This document shows, piece after piece, positions 19,707 through 29,294 of a stretch of DNA of 64,000 nucleotides. The DNA comes from Bacilli bacterium (GTDB lineage: Bacteria; Bacillota_I; Bacilli_A; RFN20; CAG-826), in assembly GCA_045631885.1 (NCBI GenBank), contig JAZQVN010000035.1, positions 67,726-131,725 on the forward strand, in the 5' to 3' direction. Numbering within the stretch: position 1 is the first letter of the stretch; each line of letters begins with the position of its first letter. Below the pieces are notes generated by a model. That model was not told where the DNA came from. It ran no database searches and saw only the letters and a list, made by a program, of their open reading frames with translations. The translations under genes and the position numbers were made by a program.

Positions 19707-20333
19707 CTATTTATTCATATTGGCTTTGTATCCGAGATATCTTTTGATCATCTCAACACAGACAATGACCATTCCAACACCCACTCCTAATGGGAAATAT
19801 CTGCTGATAATACCCATAAATGGGAGGCTCATATATTTTAATAAAACACGATAAAGGAATTCGAATATCATCATTGCATCCGCTAAAGCGGATATGAATG
19901 TGATTTCCTTCATTCCTATCACTAAGATATCGCTCTTTTCTAAAGCGCCTTTTAATTTAATAATTGATAAAACAAACATCACGATGATGAAGAAGATAAA
20001 GATAATACCAATCCATCCTTCGAATCTATTTTGATTTGTAATATCAATGCCGCCTACTTTTAAAACAGAGAACAAAATAAAAACCGCAGAATAGGCAGTC
20101 GCGACAATTGTCATAATTAAATAGGCTTTTCTTTTATCTTCTCGACTTTGTTTTAAATTCTTCGCGAATGTTGCTTTACAAATGAAGACAAATAAAGTTG
20201 GGAAAGCGGCAATAAGCATAACTAAAGAAGTGGCTAAAATACCAAGAGTAAACTTATAGCCAAAGCTGATTAACGTAATAACCGCGGAAAAGATTGCTAT
20301 TCTTTTCGCATTTAATATTTTTTTCTTTGCCAT
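19707..20333 (-). CDS. Membrane protein, unknown function
   Basis: 208-aa ORF with about 6 TM helices, 3 nt upstream of the C39-like gene. Confidence 0.5.
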   Translation of the reverse strand: MAKKKILNAKRIAIFSAVITLISFGYKFTLGILATSLVMLIAAFPTLFVFICKATFAKNLKQSREDKRKAYLIMTIVATAYSAVFILFSVLKVGGIDITNQNRFEGWIGIIFIFFIIVMFVLSIIKLKGALEKSDILVIGMKEITFISALADAMMIFEFLYRVLLKYMSLPFMGIISRYFPLGVGVGMVIVCVEMIKRYLGYKANMNK

Positions 20334-20392
20334 CTTAAATTATTTTAACTTATTAGTTTATTTTTGAAACAAAAACCGCATAATAATGTCAT

Positions 20393-20941
20393 ATGAGAAT
20401 TTCTAAAGAAGAAAAAGCCCGTTTAGAGGCGATATATCAAACATTCCTCCACGATGAAAAGATTCTCAAAATGAAAGAGATTAGTATGCATCGCGGTTCG
20501 AACTGTTTTGAGCATTCTTTTAAAGTGGCTCGTAAAGCGATAAGACATTGTCTTAGATATCATAAAAAGAATCTTAATTTAGATAGAGTGTTAATCGGGA
20601 GTATTCTCCACGACTACTATCTCTATGACTGGAGAAAAGATAAATCAAAAAGAAAAAGACACGGAATTGATCATCCTTATATCGCCGCGAGAAACGCAAA
20701 AAGAGACTTTGATATTTCTGATGCAGTAAGGAAAATTATCGAAAGACATATGTGGCCATTAAACACAACTGATTGGCCAGATACATCTGAAGCGAGAATT
20801 GTTTCCGTCTCTGATAAGGCGGTCACCATAGGTGAAGCTTTAACTTCTGTCGCTTATAAAAGAAGAAAAAGAGAGAAGTTCTTAAAGAATATCTCCACAT
20901 TATTTGGAGACTACAAAGAGATTTTTCGTAAAAACAGATAA
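20393..20941 (+). CDS. HD-domain phosphohydrolase
   Basis: Contains H...HD (ILHDYYLYDW) and HG.DHP...ERHMWPL blocks. Confidence 0.65.
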   Translation: MRISKEEKARLEAIYQTFLHDEKILKMKEISMHRGSNCFEHSFKVARKAIRHCLRYHKKNLNLDRVLIGSILHDYYLYDWRKDKSKRKRHGIDHPYIAARNAKRDFDISDAVRKIIERHMWPLNTTDWPDTSEARIVSVSDKAVTIGEALTSVAYKRRKREKFLKNISTLFGDYKEIFRKNR

Positions 20942-21001
20942 ATTTAAAATGAAAAGATAATGAAAAATCAGTAGAATTAAAAATAGATACCGGAGGAAAT
21001 A

Positions 21002-21265
21002 ATGATGACAAAGTATTATAAAGTTATATTCGTCTATCCTGATGGCCACATCGAAGAAATCGATGACCAATTCAATAATGGTAAAGATGCCTTAAATTAT
21101 GGAAACAATCTTTTTGTCCAAGTGAAAAATACAGAAGATGTCTTCCAAAGAGGCGATTCAAGCGATGATGCTTTTGGTTTCAAAGGCAAAATTGAACCAT
21201 ACTTCATGATCGTTGAAACAAATGGCAAAAAACATCGTTTAGTTTTCGACAGTAGATCTCGTTAA
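21002..21265 (+). CDS. Hypothetical protein
   Basis: 87-aa ORF with GGAGG 6-7 nt upstream and a terminator downstream. Confidence 0.5.
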   Translation: MMTKYYKVIFVYPDGHIEEIDDQFNNGKDALNYGNNLFVQVKNTEDVFQRGDSSDDAFGFKGKIEPYFMIVETNGKKHRLVFDSRSR

Positions 21266-21284
21266 TTATCAAATTTATATAAGG

Positions 21285-21308
21285 ATGGCCTAATGGCCAT
21301 TTTTATTT
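21285..21308 (+). terminator. Terminator
   Basis: ATGGCC-taat-GGCCAT hairpin followed by TTTT. Confidence 0.55.
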
Positions 21309-21311
21309 TGC

Positions 21312-21665
21312 TTAAAAAAGAGTGATTCCTCTTTCGTGAGCTCTAATGACAAATCTCATCGTTAAATACGCGATAAAGCTGACTAAGGCAATGCTAGAAA
21401 ACACGATTCCTAAAATACCCGCTCTTTTTTTCTTATTTTCAATTCTCGCAATTCCTAAAAATAGACCTTCGATCGATAAAATAACACCGATTAAAGCCGT
21501 TCCAAAAAGTAGAGCGATAAATTCTTTTGGATCACTAATCTTTTTAAGATCGACCAAGAAATACGCTAAATAGAGAAATCCAGAAATGGCAAATAAAGTG
21601 GAATTAAGAATAAGCATATCGGTTCCTTTGTAAAGATTATAAAAACTATTCAAGAAAAAAACCAC
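21312..21665 (-). CDS. Small membrane protein
   Basis: 117-aa ORF with 3-4 TM helices. Confidence 0.45.
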   Translation of the reverse strand: MVFFLNSFYNLYKGTDMLILNSTLFAISGFLYLAYFLVDLKKISDPKEFIALLFGTALIGVILSIEGLFLGIARIENKKKRAGILGIVFSSIALVSFIAYLTMRFVIRAHERGITLF

Positions 21666-21680
21666 AATAAGTGGTCTTTA

Positions 21681-22892
21681 TTATTTCATGAATGAACGGA
21701 TGACTTTTTCGCAGTCTTCCTTATTCATAATTTTTGGTACTGGATAACCAGGGTTACCTTCTTTTAGGGCTCTTTCAACTAAAGTGGCCATATCTTCTTC
21801 TTTGATAAAATCAAATTTTTCTGGAATATTCATCGCTTTATTCATTCTTCTAATTTCAGCGATAAAGGCTTTGCCTTTTTCTTCAATAGTCATCTCTTCT
21901 TTAGCGATGCCAATTAAATCAGCAAGTTTTGCTAATTTCTTATATGCTTTATCACCATACCAATCTAAAACATAAGGAAGAATAACCGCGTTAGCCAATC
22001 CATGAGGAGTACCATATAATCCACCTAAATTATGCGCAATCGCGTGAACATATCCAACAAAGGCACGCGTAAATGCTTGGCCCGCGTAGAAAGAGGCTTT
22101 TAACATATTGTCTCTAGCTTCTATATCTTTACCATTTTGATAGGCTTTTTCTAAATTCTCATGGATTAATTTAGTCGCTTCTTCAGCATATCTAATTGTT
22201 GATTTGACATTGCTCTTACCAATATAGGCTTCCACTGCGTGAGTCAAAGCATCCATACCTGTTGTCGCGGTGATAAATGGAGGAAGCCCAATTGTTAAAG
22301 CTGGATCAAGGACAGCGTATTTTGGTCTTAAGCAAGAATCGCATATCGCGTTTTTCTCATGAGTTTCTGGGTCTGTCACTACTGCGGCAAGCGTGGTTTC
22401 TGAACCAGTTCCTGCGGTCGTGGGTACAGCGAAGAAAGGTGGTAACTTTTTATGCACTTTGAGATAGCCTCTCATTTTACGGACTGATTGTTTTGGCTTC
22501 ACAACACGAGCAGCCGCGGCTTTCGCACAATCCATTGGAGAACCACCACCAAAGGCAATGATGCCTTGACAGTCGTTATCTATATACACCTTTCGACATT
22601 CTTCGATATTGGGGATAGTTGGATTTGGTTGAACTCCATCAAATACGACATAACTAACGCCTTCTTTTTTTAATTCTTCAAACATCGGATCAAGCAGTTT
22701 TAACCCCATCAACCCTTTATCAGTAACAACAAGAACTTTATTAATTCCTTTATTTTTGACAAAAGATGCAAGTTTAATAACCGCGCCTTCTCCTTCAAGA
22801 AGAACTGGTTCTGACCAATCCATAAAACACATTCCGAGTTTTAAAACGACTTGTGAAATTCTATACCAACATTTCTTTAATGCCCAGCACAT
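21681..22892 (-). CDS. Iron-containing (group III) alcohol dehydrogenase
   Basis: Contains GGGSPMDCAK, VPTTAGTGSE, and the HA.AH..GG metal-site blocks. Confidence 0.85.
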   Translation of the reverse strand: MCWALKKCWYRISQVVLKLGMCFMDWSEPVLLEGEGAVIKLASFVKNKGINKVLVVTDKGLMGLKLLDPMFEELKKEGVSYVVFDGVQPNPTIPNIEECRKVYIDNDCQGIIAFGGGSPMDCAKAAAARVVKPKQSVRKMRGYLKVHKKLPPFFAVPTTAGTGSETTLAAVVTDPETHEKNAICDSCLRPKYAVLDPALTIGLPPFITATTGMDALTHAVEAYIGKSNVKSTIRYAEEATKLIHENLEKAYQNGKDIEARDNMLKASFYAGQAFTRAFVGYVHAIAHNLGGLYGTPHGLANAVILPYVLDWYGDKAYKKLAKLADLIGIAKEEMTIEEKGKAFIAEIRRMNKAMNIPEKFDFIKEEDMATLVERALKEGNPGYPVPKIMNKEDCEKVIRSFMK

Positions 22893-22986
22893 AACATTTC
22901 TCCTAGTAATCTTTAACTTATTATAACAAATAATAAATCTAATATATAATATTAACTGACAAAAATATGTATTATTGTTTTGATGT

Positions 22987-23011
22987 AAACTTGAAAAACA
23001 AAATCAAGTTT
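22987..23011. promoter_or_regulatory. Perfect 8-bp inverted repeat upstream of the ADH gene (candidate operator)
   Basis: AAACTTGA-N9-TCAAGTTT, about 95-120 nt upstream of the ADH start. Confidence 0.25.
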
Positions 23012-23063
23012 GAAAAATCAAAATTAGTAAAAATCGCCTGGATAATCAGACGATTTTTCTCGT

Positions 23064-23201
23064 TTATTCTTGTTTATCTTCCTCCAATAAAGGAGTGTAC
23101 TTTGCGATGATTTCGAGTTTTTGTTCATTAGTTAATTTATTCGAAAACTCTTCAAATAAATCAGTATCTTCCTCTTTATCATTCGCGGCTTCTTTAACCA
23201 T
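23064..23201 (-). CDS. Possible small acidic protein, 45 aa
   Basis: MVKEAANDKEEDTDLFEEFSNKLTNEQKLEIIAKYTPLLEEDKQE. GGAGA lies 10 nt upstream and a hairpin with T-run follows at about 23028-23060. It could equally be a chance ORF in a rearrangement scar. Confidence 0.25.
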   Translation of the reverse strand: MVKEAANDKEEDTDLFEEFSNKLTNEQKLEIIAKYTPLLEEDKQE

Positions 23202-23214
23202 ATCTTCAAATTCT

Positions 23215-23313
23215 CCAGAAGCAAAACACGTTTATGAAAAAGTCGGCTTTGTTGAAACCGACGTAGTTGATGAACCAGATTGTCACGAAGTGAATATGCT
23301 ACTTAAACTCTAG
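23215..23313 (+). pseudogene. C-terminal remnant of a GNAT N-acetyltransferase
   Basis: SPEAKHVYEKVGFVETDVVDEPDCHEVNMLLKL* matches the last GNAT beta-alpha-beta segment (A..lYeK.GF). No upstream GNAT motifs remain. The last 15 nt overlap the 3' end of the convergent ABC-F gene. Confidence 0.55.
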
Positions 23314-24837
23314 GATTGTATCAAAAACATCGGAGTAGAAATCTACTTCGTGAGACACTCCAATAACTACGCCTGGATATTCTATTATCGCTTCTTTAAG
23401 CGAAGCTTTTGCTACTTTATCTAAATGGTTTGTTGGTTCATCTAACACTAAGACATTAGTTTTTTGCATTGTTAATAGAGTTAATCTAGATTTAGCTTCT
23501 TCTCCACCACTTAATTCTTTTAATGGTTTAACTGCAAGATTAGATTTAATTCCGCATTTGGCTAAAGAGTTTCTAATCTGTAGAGGCGTTAAATCCGGGA
23601 AATGGTTTTTAATATATTGAACAGGTGTTACTGATAAATCATCGAGCTCAGTTTGGGAGAAATAGCCAATCTTCACTTTTTCATTGAATTTAAAACTTCC
23701 CCCTAGAGATGGGATGATATTTAATAATGTTTTGACTAAAGTAGTTTTACCAATACCGTTTTTACCCACGACGCAGATTTTATCGCCTTTTCTCAGAGAG
23801 AAAGTTATCGGTTGAAGTAAAGGTCTATCATAACCAATCACTAGTTCTTCAACATCTAATATTTCTTTTCCGATATCTCCTGAATATGGGAAATGAATAA
23901 ATACTTTATTTGTATCATCTTTAGGCGCTTCCATTCTTTCGACATGGGCTAAACGGGCTCTTCTAGATTTAGCGGCTTTTGCAGAGGTTGCTCTCACAAT
24001 GTGAGCGGCGATGAATTCCTCTTCTTTTTTGATATATCTCTGTTGAGCGGCGTAATCTTTTTTATATTGCTCATTACGGATGACGAATTGTTCTTTGAAA
24101 TATTTATAATCGCCTTTATATCTATCAATAATGCCGTTATGTAGATGAAATACGACATTCGCAATCGCTTCACAAAATGCTTCATCGTGAGAAATGATTA
24201 AAAATGATTTTGGATATTTAATTAAATAATCTTTTAACCAGGAAATATATTTTGCGTCTAAATAGTTCGTGGGTTCGTCTAAAAGAAGAACATCGTTCTT
24301 TTCTAGTAACATCTTCGCTAAATAAACTTTTTCTCTTTGTCCACTGCTGAGGAGAGTGAGTTTTGTGTCTAAATATGATTTAGATATTCCTAATCCCACG
24401 ATTATCTTATCAATCTCTTCTTTAATCGAATAAAAGCCTAGTGTGATTAATTCATCGTTCATCGCTGAAGCTTTTTCAATATATGAAAGATAATCTGGGT
24501 CATCAATATTACTCCCTTTTTCAAATAGTTCATTCATCAAAGCTTCTTTTTTGAATAAATCAGCATATATTTGTTCAAGAAATTCTCTCACAGTAAAATT
24601 ATCAAACTGTTTGTAATGTTGATCTAAATATGAGTAAGTAACTTTTGGAGTCCACTCAATCGTTCCTTTATCAGGAATTAATTTATTAGTTAATAAGTCA
24701 AAAAGCGTGGTTTTGCCACTTCCGTTTTGCCCAACTAAAACGATATGTTCTCCTTGATTAATCTGAAAAGAGAGACCTTTATAAAGATCTTTATCGTAAT
24801 AATTGAATTTTAAGCCTTCGACTTTTAATAAACTCAT
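23299..24837 (-). CDS. ABC-F family ATPase (two ABC domains, no TMD)
   Basis: Two Walker A sites (GQNGSGKTT, GKNGIGKTT), two LSGG signatures, and a charged inter-domain linker. Confidence 0.85.
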   Translation of the reverse strand: MSLLKVEGLKFNYYDKDLYKGLSFQINQGEHIVLVGQNGSGKTTLFDLLTNKLIPDKGTIEWTPKVTYSYLDQHYKQFDNFTVREFLEQIYADLFKKEALMNELFEKGSNIDDPDYLSYIEKASAMNDELITLGFYSIKEEIDKIIVGLGISKSYLDTKLTLLSSGQREKVYLAKMLLEKNDVLLLDEPTNYLDAKYISWLKDYLIKYPKSFLIISHDEAFCEAIANVVFHLHNGIIDRYKGDYKYFKEQFVIRNEQYKKDYAAQQRYIKKEEEFIAAHIVRATSAKAAKSRRARLAHVERMEAPKDDTNKVFIHFPYSGDIGKEILDVEELVIGYDRPLLQPITFSLRKGDKICVVGKNGIGKTTLVKTLLNIIPSLGGSFKFNEKVKIGYFSQTELDDLSVTPVQYIKNHFPDLTPLQIRNSLAKCGIKSNLAVKPLKELSGGEEAKSRLTLLTMQKTNVLVLDEPTNHLDKVAKASLKEAIIEYPGVVIGVSHEVDFYSDVFDTILEFK

Positions 24838-24868
24838 GACTTCTATTTTAATAAAAATCTTTATTAAT

Positions 24869-24892
24869 AAAAAGCCGTCATATTTGACGACT
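24869..24892 (-). terminator. Terminator of the GGDEF gene; member of the AAAAAGCCG...GACGACT hairpin family
   Basis: Minus strand GTCGTCA-aata-TGACGGC followed by TTTTT. One G-U pair makes it strand-specific. Confidence 0.6.
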
Positions 24893-24894
24893 AA

Positions 24895-25986
24895 TTATCT
24901 ACCTACCATATGATATTTTTCTTTAAGCATCTTTTTATTTTGATACATCAAATCATCCGCTTTTTGGAGGACGTCTTTATATTTGAGCCCATCTTCATAT
25001 TTTGCATATCCATGTGCGATTGAAAAGATTAATTCTTGTCCATCAAACTCAACGAGAGAATAAGATAAATCACCACTAAATCTCTTAAATACTTCATCGA
25101 AGTTTTGATAATCTTCACCTAAAACAATCGCGACAAATTCATCTCCACCGACATGGAATAATTTAGAAGTCTTAAAATAATCAGGTAATGTGTGACCACA
25201 CCTCACCACGAGATGGCAACCATAACGATGACCATATTTATCATTCGTGGCTTTTAAGTTATTTAAATCCATTAAGATAACCGCATATTCTTTGATTTTG
25301 CCGCTTTCAATATCTTTATCAAGTTGTTCTATCTCTAAAAGATAGGATCTTTCATTTAATAAGCCAGTCAAATCATCGTAGTATGTGAGTTGTTCTAGTC
25401 TTTTTTCCGCTTTATAGTCGTTAATGGTCATGCCAAAGTGTTCACCACCAACAAGGAGAATGACGACAAAATAAGTGATGAAATAAATGACATTTTCAAT
25501 TTCGGCATAGCCGGTAAAGAATATCGCATTATCTTGATACGCCATTACGAGAACTGTGGTCGCAGAAGATAAAAGGATGACTGTAAAAAATAAAGGTTCT
25601 ACGACAAATAAACCCGCCATCAAGGTGATGATCATTAAGTAGGCAATCGGGGAATAACCAAATCTTAAATCCATCACGCACATCATCGTGTTCCATGACA
25701 TTAATAAAAGGAAATAGACATGAATAATTATGGCTAATGCATTTGTTCTAAATGTATAAAATCTCGCAAAGATTAATAATGCAGTTAACGCTGCGGATAT
25801 CACTAAAAAGAAAACGCTACCAAACAAATAAATCATATCGATTTCGGTATTGATATCGTTTGAATCGTATTCCCAATAAATCGTAAATAAAAGCGCCAAC
25901 AAAGTAATGACAATTGAAGCGATGATCATCAATAAGTTATGACGTTGAAGTCTTCTATTTAAAACCTGAAAATTCTTCGAAAACAT
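24895..25986 (-). CDS. Membrane-bound diguanylate cyclase (GGDEF domain)
   Basis: About 6 N-terminal TM helices, then YYDDLTGLLNERSY...LMDLNNLKATNDKYGH...GGDEFVAIV. Confidence 0.85.
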   Translation of the reverse strand: MFSKNFQVLNRRLQRHNLLMIIASIVITLLALLFTIYWEYDSNDINTEIDMIYLFGSVFFLVISAALTALLIFARFYTFRTNALAIIIHVYFLLLMSWNTMMCVMDLRFGYSPIAYLMIITLMAGLFVVEPLFFTVILLSSATTVLVMAYQDNAIFFTGYAEIENVIYFITYFVVILLVGGEHFGMTINDYKAEKRLEQLTYYDDLTGLLNERSYLLEIEQLDKDIESGKIKEYAVILMDLNNLKATNDKYGHRYGCHLVVRCGHTLPDYFKTSKLFHVGGDEFVAIVLGEDYQNFDEVFKRFSGDLSYSLVEFDGQELIFSIAHGYAKYEDGLKYKDVLQKADDLMYQNKKMLKEKYHMVGR

Positions 25987-26064
25987 AATTTATAAAATGA
26001 TTATAGCAAAAAAGGAAAAATCCGTTATTTGAAAATAATTAGATGTGACATAAAATTGATATTG

Positions 26065-26628
26065 ATGAAACAAGAAAAAAGCACATCACTTCTAGAAAAA
26101 GCAGATGAAAAGGCTAACAAAAAAGGTATTAAGACATTGTGGCAAATTATCAAATTTGTCATTGTTTCTTGTTTGGTCACAATCATCCAATTAGCGTTAG
26201 TCAATCTTCTCTACTTTTTAATGAAAGGTTGGACAGAACCTCTACCGAACTTTTTAAGCGCGATCTTTTCTGAATCGACAATCGGAGAAGGTCATTCAAA
26301 TTGGGGTTATATTCTCCCATTCTTCTTATCCAATTTCATCGCTAATACAGTTGGTTATTTTATAAACAAATCTAAAACATTTAAAAGTGACGCTCCTATT
26401 TGGCATTACGTAATATATATCTTCTTACTACTATTGCTCATTTTATTCACCACATGGTTACAAGGAATAATCGCAAACGCTTTAACTAGCGTTGGCGCGG
26501 AAGGCATCGCTCCAACTGTCGCCGCGATGACCGCAGGAACTGTGCAACTAATTGTTTTGTTCCCACTTCAAAAGTTTGTTCTCTTAAGAGAAAAGAAAAA
26601 TCCACCCGTAGAGAATGTTCAAGAATAA
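26065..26628 (+). CDS. GtrA-like membrane protein
   Basis: IKFVIVSCLVTIIQLALVNLLYFLM and four TM helices. Start set at the first ATG; the 26029 start is a TTG. Confidence 0.55.
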   Translation: MKQEKSTSLLEKADEKANKKGIKTLWQIIKFVIVSCLVTIIQLALVNLLYFLMKGWTEPLPNFLSAIFSESTIGEGHSNWGYILPFFLSNFIANTVGYFINKSKTFKSDAPIWHYVIYIFLLLLLILFTTWLQGIIANALTSVGAEGIAPTVAAMTAGTVQLIVLFPLQKFVLLREKKNPPVENVQE

Positions 26629-26658
26629 AAAAGTCGCCCATTTGTTCGGGCGATTTTT
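26627..26658. terminator. Bidirectional terminator
   Basis: TCGCCC-atttgttc-GGGCGA hairpin flanked by an A-run and a T-run. Confidence 0.6.
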
Positions 26659-26660
26659 AC

Positions 26661-27338
26661 TTATTTTATCTTCAATGTTTTTAAATATGCTTTATGATGT
26701 TCACTCACTCGATAAGATTCGATAGCTTTTTGAATGGCTTTGTTATGAGTGAATGCATCAAAATGATGTTCTTCAATTACTTTGATAAATGAATCGTAAT
26801 TCTTTGCTAAACCAGTCGCGAGATACCAAGCGATCATCATTTTTACATAGCAGTCATCTAATTTAACTTCTTCGACTTTTTGAATATATTCATCTCTATG
26901 ATTTTCGTTAAGATAATAATTCATCAAGCATTTGATTGCATATCTGACGCGATAGATTTCATCGCTCTTTAACCACTTATATATATCCTTAATTAATAAA
27001 TCTTTATATTTATTTAAATATTTATTACAAAGCGTGTCACAGACTGACCAGTTAGTGACGTGAGGCAAGAATTCATTAATATAGTTAATGTATTCATCAT
27101 AATCCTTGATATTAGATAAGATAAAAGCGTGAAGAATATTTTCTTCGTGATATTGATGAGGAAGAGATTTTAAAAATTCTTTTCTGCTCTTTTCATCTAA
27201 ATCTTTCGCATATTTTTTAAGGATTGGTAGTCTCACTCCAATAAAGGTTTTTTCATCGATATTTGGTAATAAAGGCAAAGTGAAATTACGATATCCGATA
27301 TCTTGTTTTGATAATAAATATTCTTTGATTTTATCCAT
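26661..27338 (-). CDS. DNA alkylation repair protein (AlkD/HEAT-repeat family)
   Basis: The pattern MDKIKEYLLSKQD..YRNF...GVRLPILKKYAK...VRYAIKCLMNYY fits the DNA_alkylation family. Confidence 0.7.
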   Translation of the reverse strand: MDKIKEYLLSKQDIGYRNFTLPLLPNIDEKTFIGVRLPILKKYAKDLDEKSRKEFLKSLPHQYHEENILHAFILSNIKDYDEYINYINEFLPHVTNWSVCDTLCNKYLNKYKDLLIKDIYKWLKSDEIYRVRYAIKCLMNYYLNENHRDEYIQKVEEVKLDDCYVKMMIAWYLATGLAKNYDSFIKVIEEHHFDAFTHNKAIQKAIESYRVSEHHKAYLKTLKIK

Positions 27339-27430
27339 ATTTGTTCTTTCAAAATATAACACTATTTTTTAGTAAGCCTATATAGGAGCAAATAAATTAA
27401 AATAAATAAACGTCTCTTTTATGCATTATA

Positions 27431-28054
27431 TTATCTCCACTGACCCGGAAGGACTTTTTTCTCCATGTACGGGAATTGACGGTCAAATTCTTCTAATTCC
27501 GCCATATATTTTTCATCATGAATATCGCAGTCGCAACAATCTGGTTCATAGAACTTCCCGGCGATATCTTTCATCGATCCTTCTTTTAGTTCATAACCCA
27601 TAAATGCATCGAAATTTGATCCATCTGGCATAGTGACACCAAATTCTTTCGCCTCTTTAAAACCAAATTTTGGATAATATGTCGGAACTCCACAAATAAA
27701 TATGGCTGGGTAATCGGTTAACTTAGCTAATTTGATTGATTCTAAAAGCAACGTTTTGCCAATTCCTTTTCTTTGATATTCCGGATCAACACATAAAGGT
27801 CCAAAAGTCAAAACATCAATGTCGCCATTTTTGGTTTCTAATCGGCACTTAGTGTATAAGATAAAACCCACAATTTTATTATCTAGCTTTGCTAGAAGAG
27901 ATAAACTCGGAACATAATTTGCATCATTAAAGAGTCTATGAACCAAATAATGTTCATCGCATCCAGGCATATTTAAATTCCAAAAAGATCTTTTTGCTAA
28001 ATATTTTATTTCGTAATAGTCTTTTTCTAATATGTGTTCAATTTTAATATCCAT
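27431..28054 (-). CDS. GNAT family N-acetyltransferase (YhbS-like)
   Basis: LCVDPEYQRKGIGKTLL (motif A), with a Cys-rich C-terminal extension. Confidence 0.75.
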   Translation of the reverse strand: MDIKIEHILEKDYYEIKYLAKRSFWNLNMPGCDEHYLVHRLFNDANYVPSLSLLAKLDNKIVGFILYTKCRLETKNGDIDVLTFGPLCVDPEYQRKGIGKTLLLESIKLAKLTDYPAIFICGVPTYYPKFGFKEAKEFGVTMPDGSNFDAFMGYELKEGSMKDIAGKFYEPDCCDCDIHDEKYMAELEEFDRQFPYMEKKVLPGQWR

Positions 28055-28059
28055 GATGT

Positions 28060-28377
28060 TTAATCAGCAAAAGTAACAGTTAATTTTGAATTAAAAGCTT
28101 CAAAATGACTAGCATCACCGCATGAATCGGAATTCTCAAATACTTTCGTTTCTCCTCGTTTAAGCGATTGTTCTTTTTTGTTGTCCATCGAAACAATTAT
28201 TTCGTTATCAGAGACAATATTCAAAATCTTAAATGAGCCATAAGAAAAATGGCCTTTTAGTTCAACTTTTTCACCATCTTGAATTAATAATTCATAATTA
28301 TAAATATATAATTGGCTCGAACTATTTTCCCAGCATGTACATCTATCTTCAATTTTTAAGATACCTTTAATCGCCAT
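28060..28377 (-). CDS. Hypothetical protein
   Basis: 105-aa ORF packed tightly between two GNAT genes. Confidence 0.45.
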   Translation of the reverse strand: MAIKGILKIEDRCTCWENSSSQLYIYNYELLIQDGEKVELKGHFSYGSFKILNIVSDNEIIVSMDNKKEQSLKRGETKVFENSDSCGDASHFEAFNSKLTVTFAD

Positions 28378-28378
28378 A

Positions 28379-29239
28379 TTATTCTCCTTGATAAAAAGTG
28401 TAGCGTTTCACTACTTTAAATCCTAATCTTTCATAAAATCCCATGTCAGAAATAACATAGGCTTTTTTCGCCCCTAATTCCCTTACTCGATTAAGCGCTT
28501 CATATATCATCGCTTTAGCGATACCTTTATTTCGATATCCTGGAATTACGCATACTGGTTCAACATAGGCATAGTCTGTTTTATCGCTATACCATATAGA
28601 GCAATGGGCGACATATTTATCATCACATTTTATAGTGACACTTAAACGTGGATTAAAATGAGGTCTAGCCCCACCTTTAATGGTGTTTTCTTTCATGCAT
28701 TCTTCTTTATCACCGCCATGATCGAATCCTTGCCAAAATAACCAACATAATTCATCGTAATCATCTATTGGGTCAAGATAAGCGAATGACATGCCTTCTT
28801 TGAGATTGACCTCAAGAGTTTTATCTAAATCAATGCACATCATTGTTTCAGTTTGATCAATCTTTTGATAACCATCGTCTGTTACTAGTTTAATTTCTAA
28901 TTCATTATCATCTGCGACAGCGACTTTAAAACCATCATCATCTTTGATGTTTTCATAAGCGAAATCCAATACTTCTTTATACAAAGAATAGTGTTCAGGT
29001 AAAACTAAAACAGACCCTTCACCAAGGAACATATCATATATCGCACACGCAACAACTTCATCGTTATCAATCCATAGTCCAATACGTGACATAAGTGTTT
29101 TATCAAACATTGGATGTTCATACATCCATTCAAATCTAGCCCAGTTCCAGTTAATGTGGTCGGTGCTCTTTTCATTGAGTTTGATTAAAAAATCAAAAAC
29201 TTTTTCATAATCACTTGGTTCAAATCTTTTAAATTCCAT
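28379..29239 (-). CDS. GNAT family N-acetyltransferase (C-terminal GNAT domain)
   Basis: VCVIPGYRNKGIAKAMIYEAL...GFYERLGF. Confidence 0.7.
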   Translation of the reverse strand: MEFKRFEPSDYEKVFDFLIKLNEKSTDHINWNWARFEWMYEHPMFDKTLMSRIGLWIDNDEVVACAIYDMFLGEGSVLVLPEHYSLYKEVLDFAYENIKDDDGFKVAVADDNELEIKLVTDDGYQKIDQTETMMCIDLDKTLEVNLKEGMSFAYLDPIDDYDELCWLFWQGFDHGGDKEECMKENTIKGGARPHFNPRLSVTIKCDDKYVAHCSIWYSDKTDYAYVEPVCVIPGYRNKGIAKAMIYEALNRVRELGAKKAYVISDMGFYERLGFKVVKRYTFYQGE

Positions 29240-29254
29240 ATAAATAAGTATAGC

Positions 29255-29280
29255 AAAAAGCCGTCCATGATGGACGACTT
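29255..29280 (-). terminator. Terminator; member of the AAAAAGCCG...GGACGACTT hairpin family
   Basis: Minus strand GTCGTCCAT/ATGGACGGC stem (one G-U pair) followed by TTTTT, just after the stop at 29295. Confidence 0.6.
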
Positions 29281-29294
29281 AATTAATTGAATAA

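Noticed and set aside
23095-23313. 72-aa ORF as a genuine gene
   Set aside because: It is a chimera. Only its last ~33 residues resemble a protein (a GNAT C-terminus). The N-terminal part is Ser-rich, low-complexity sequence antisense to another small ORF.
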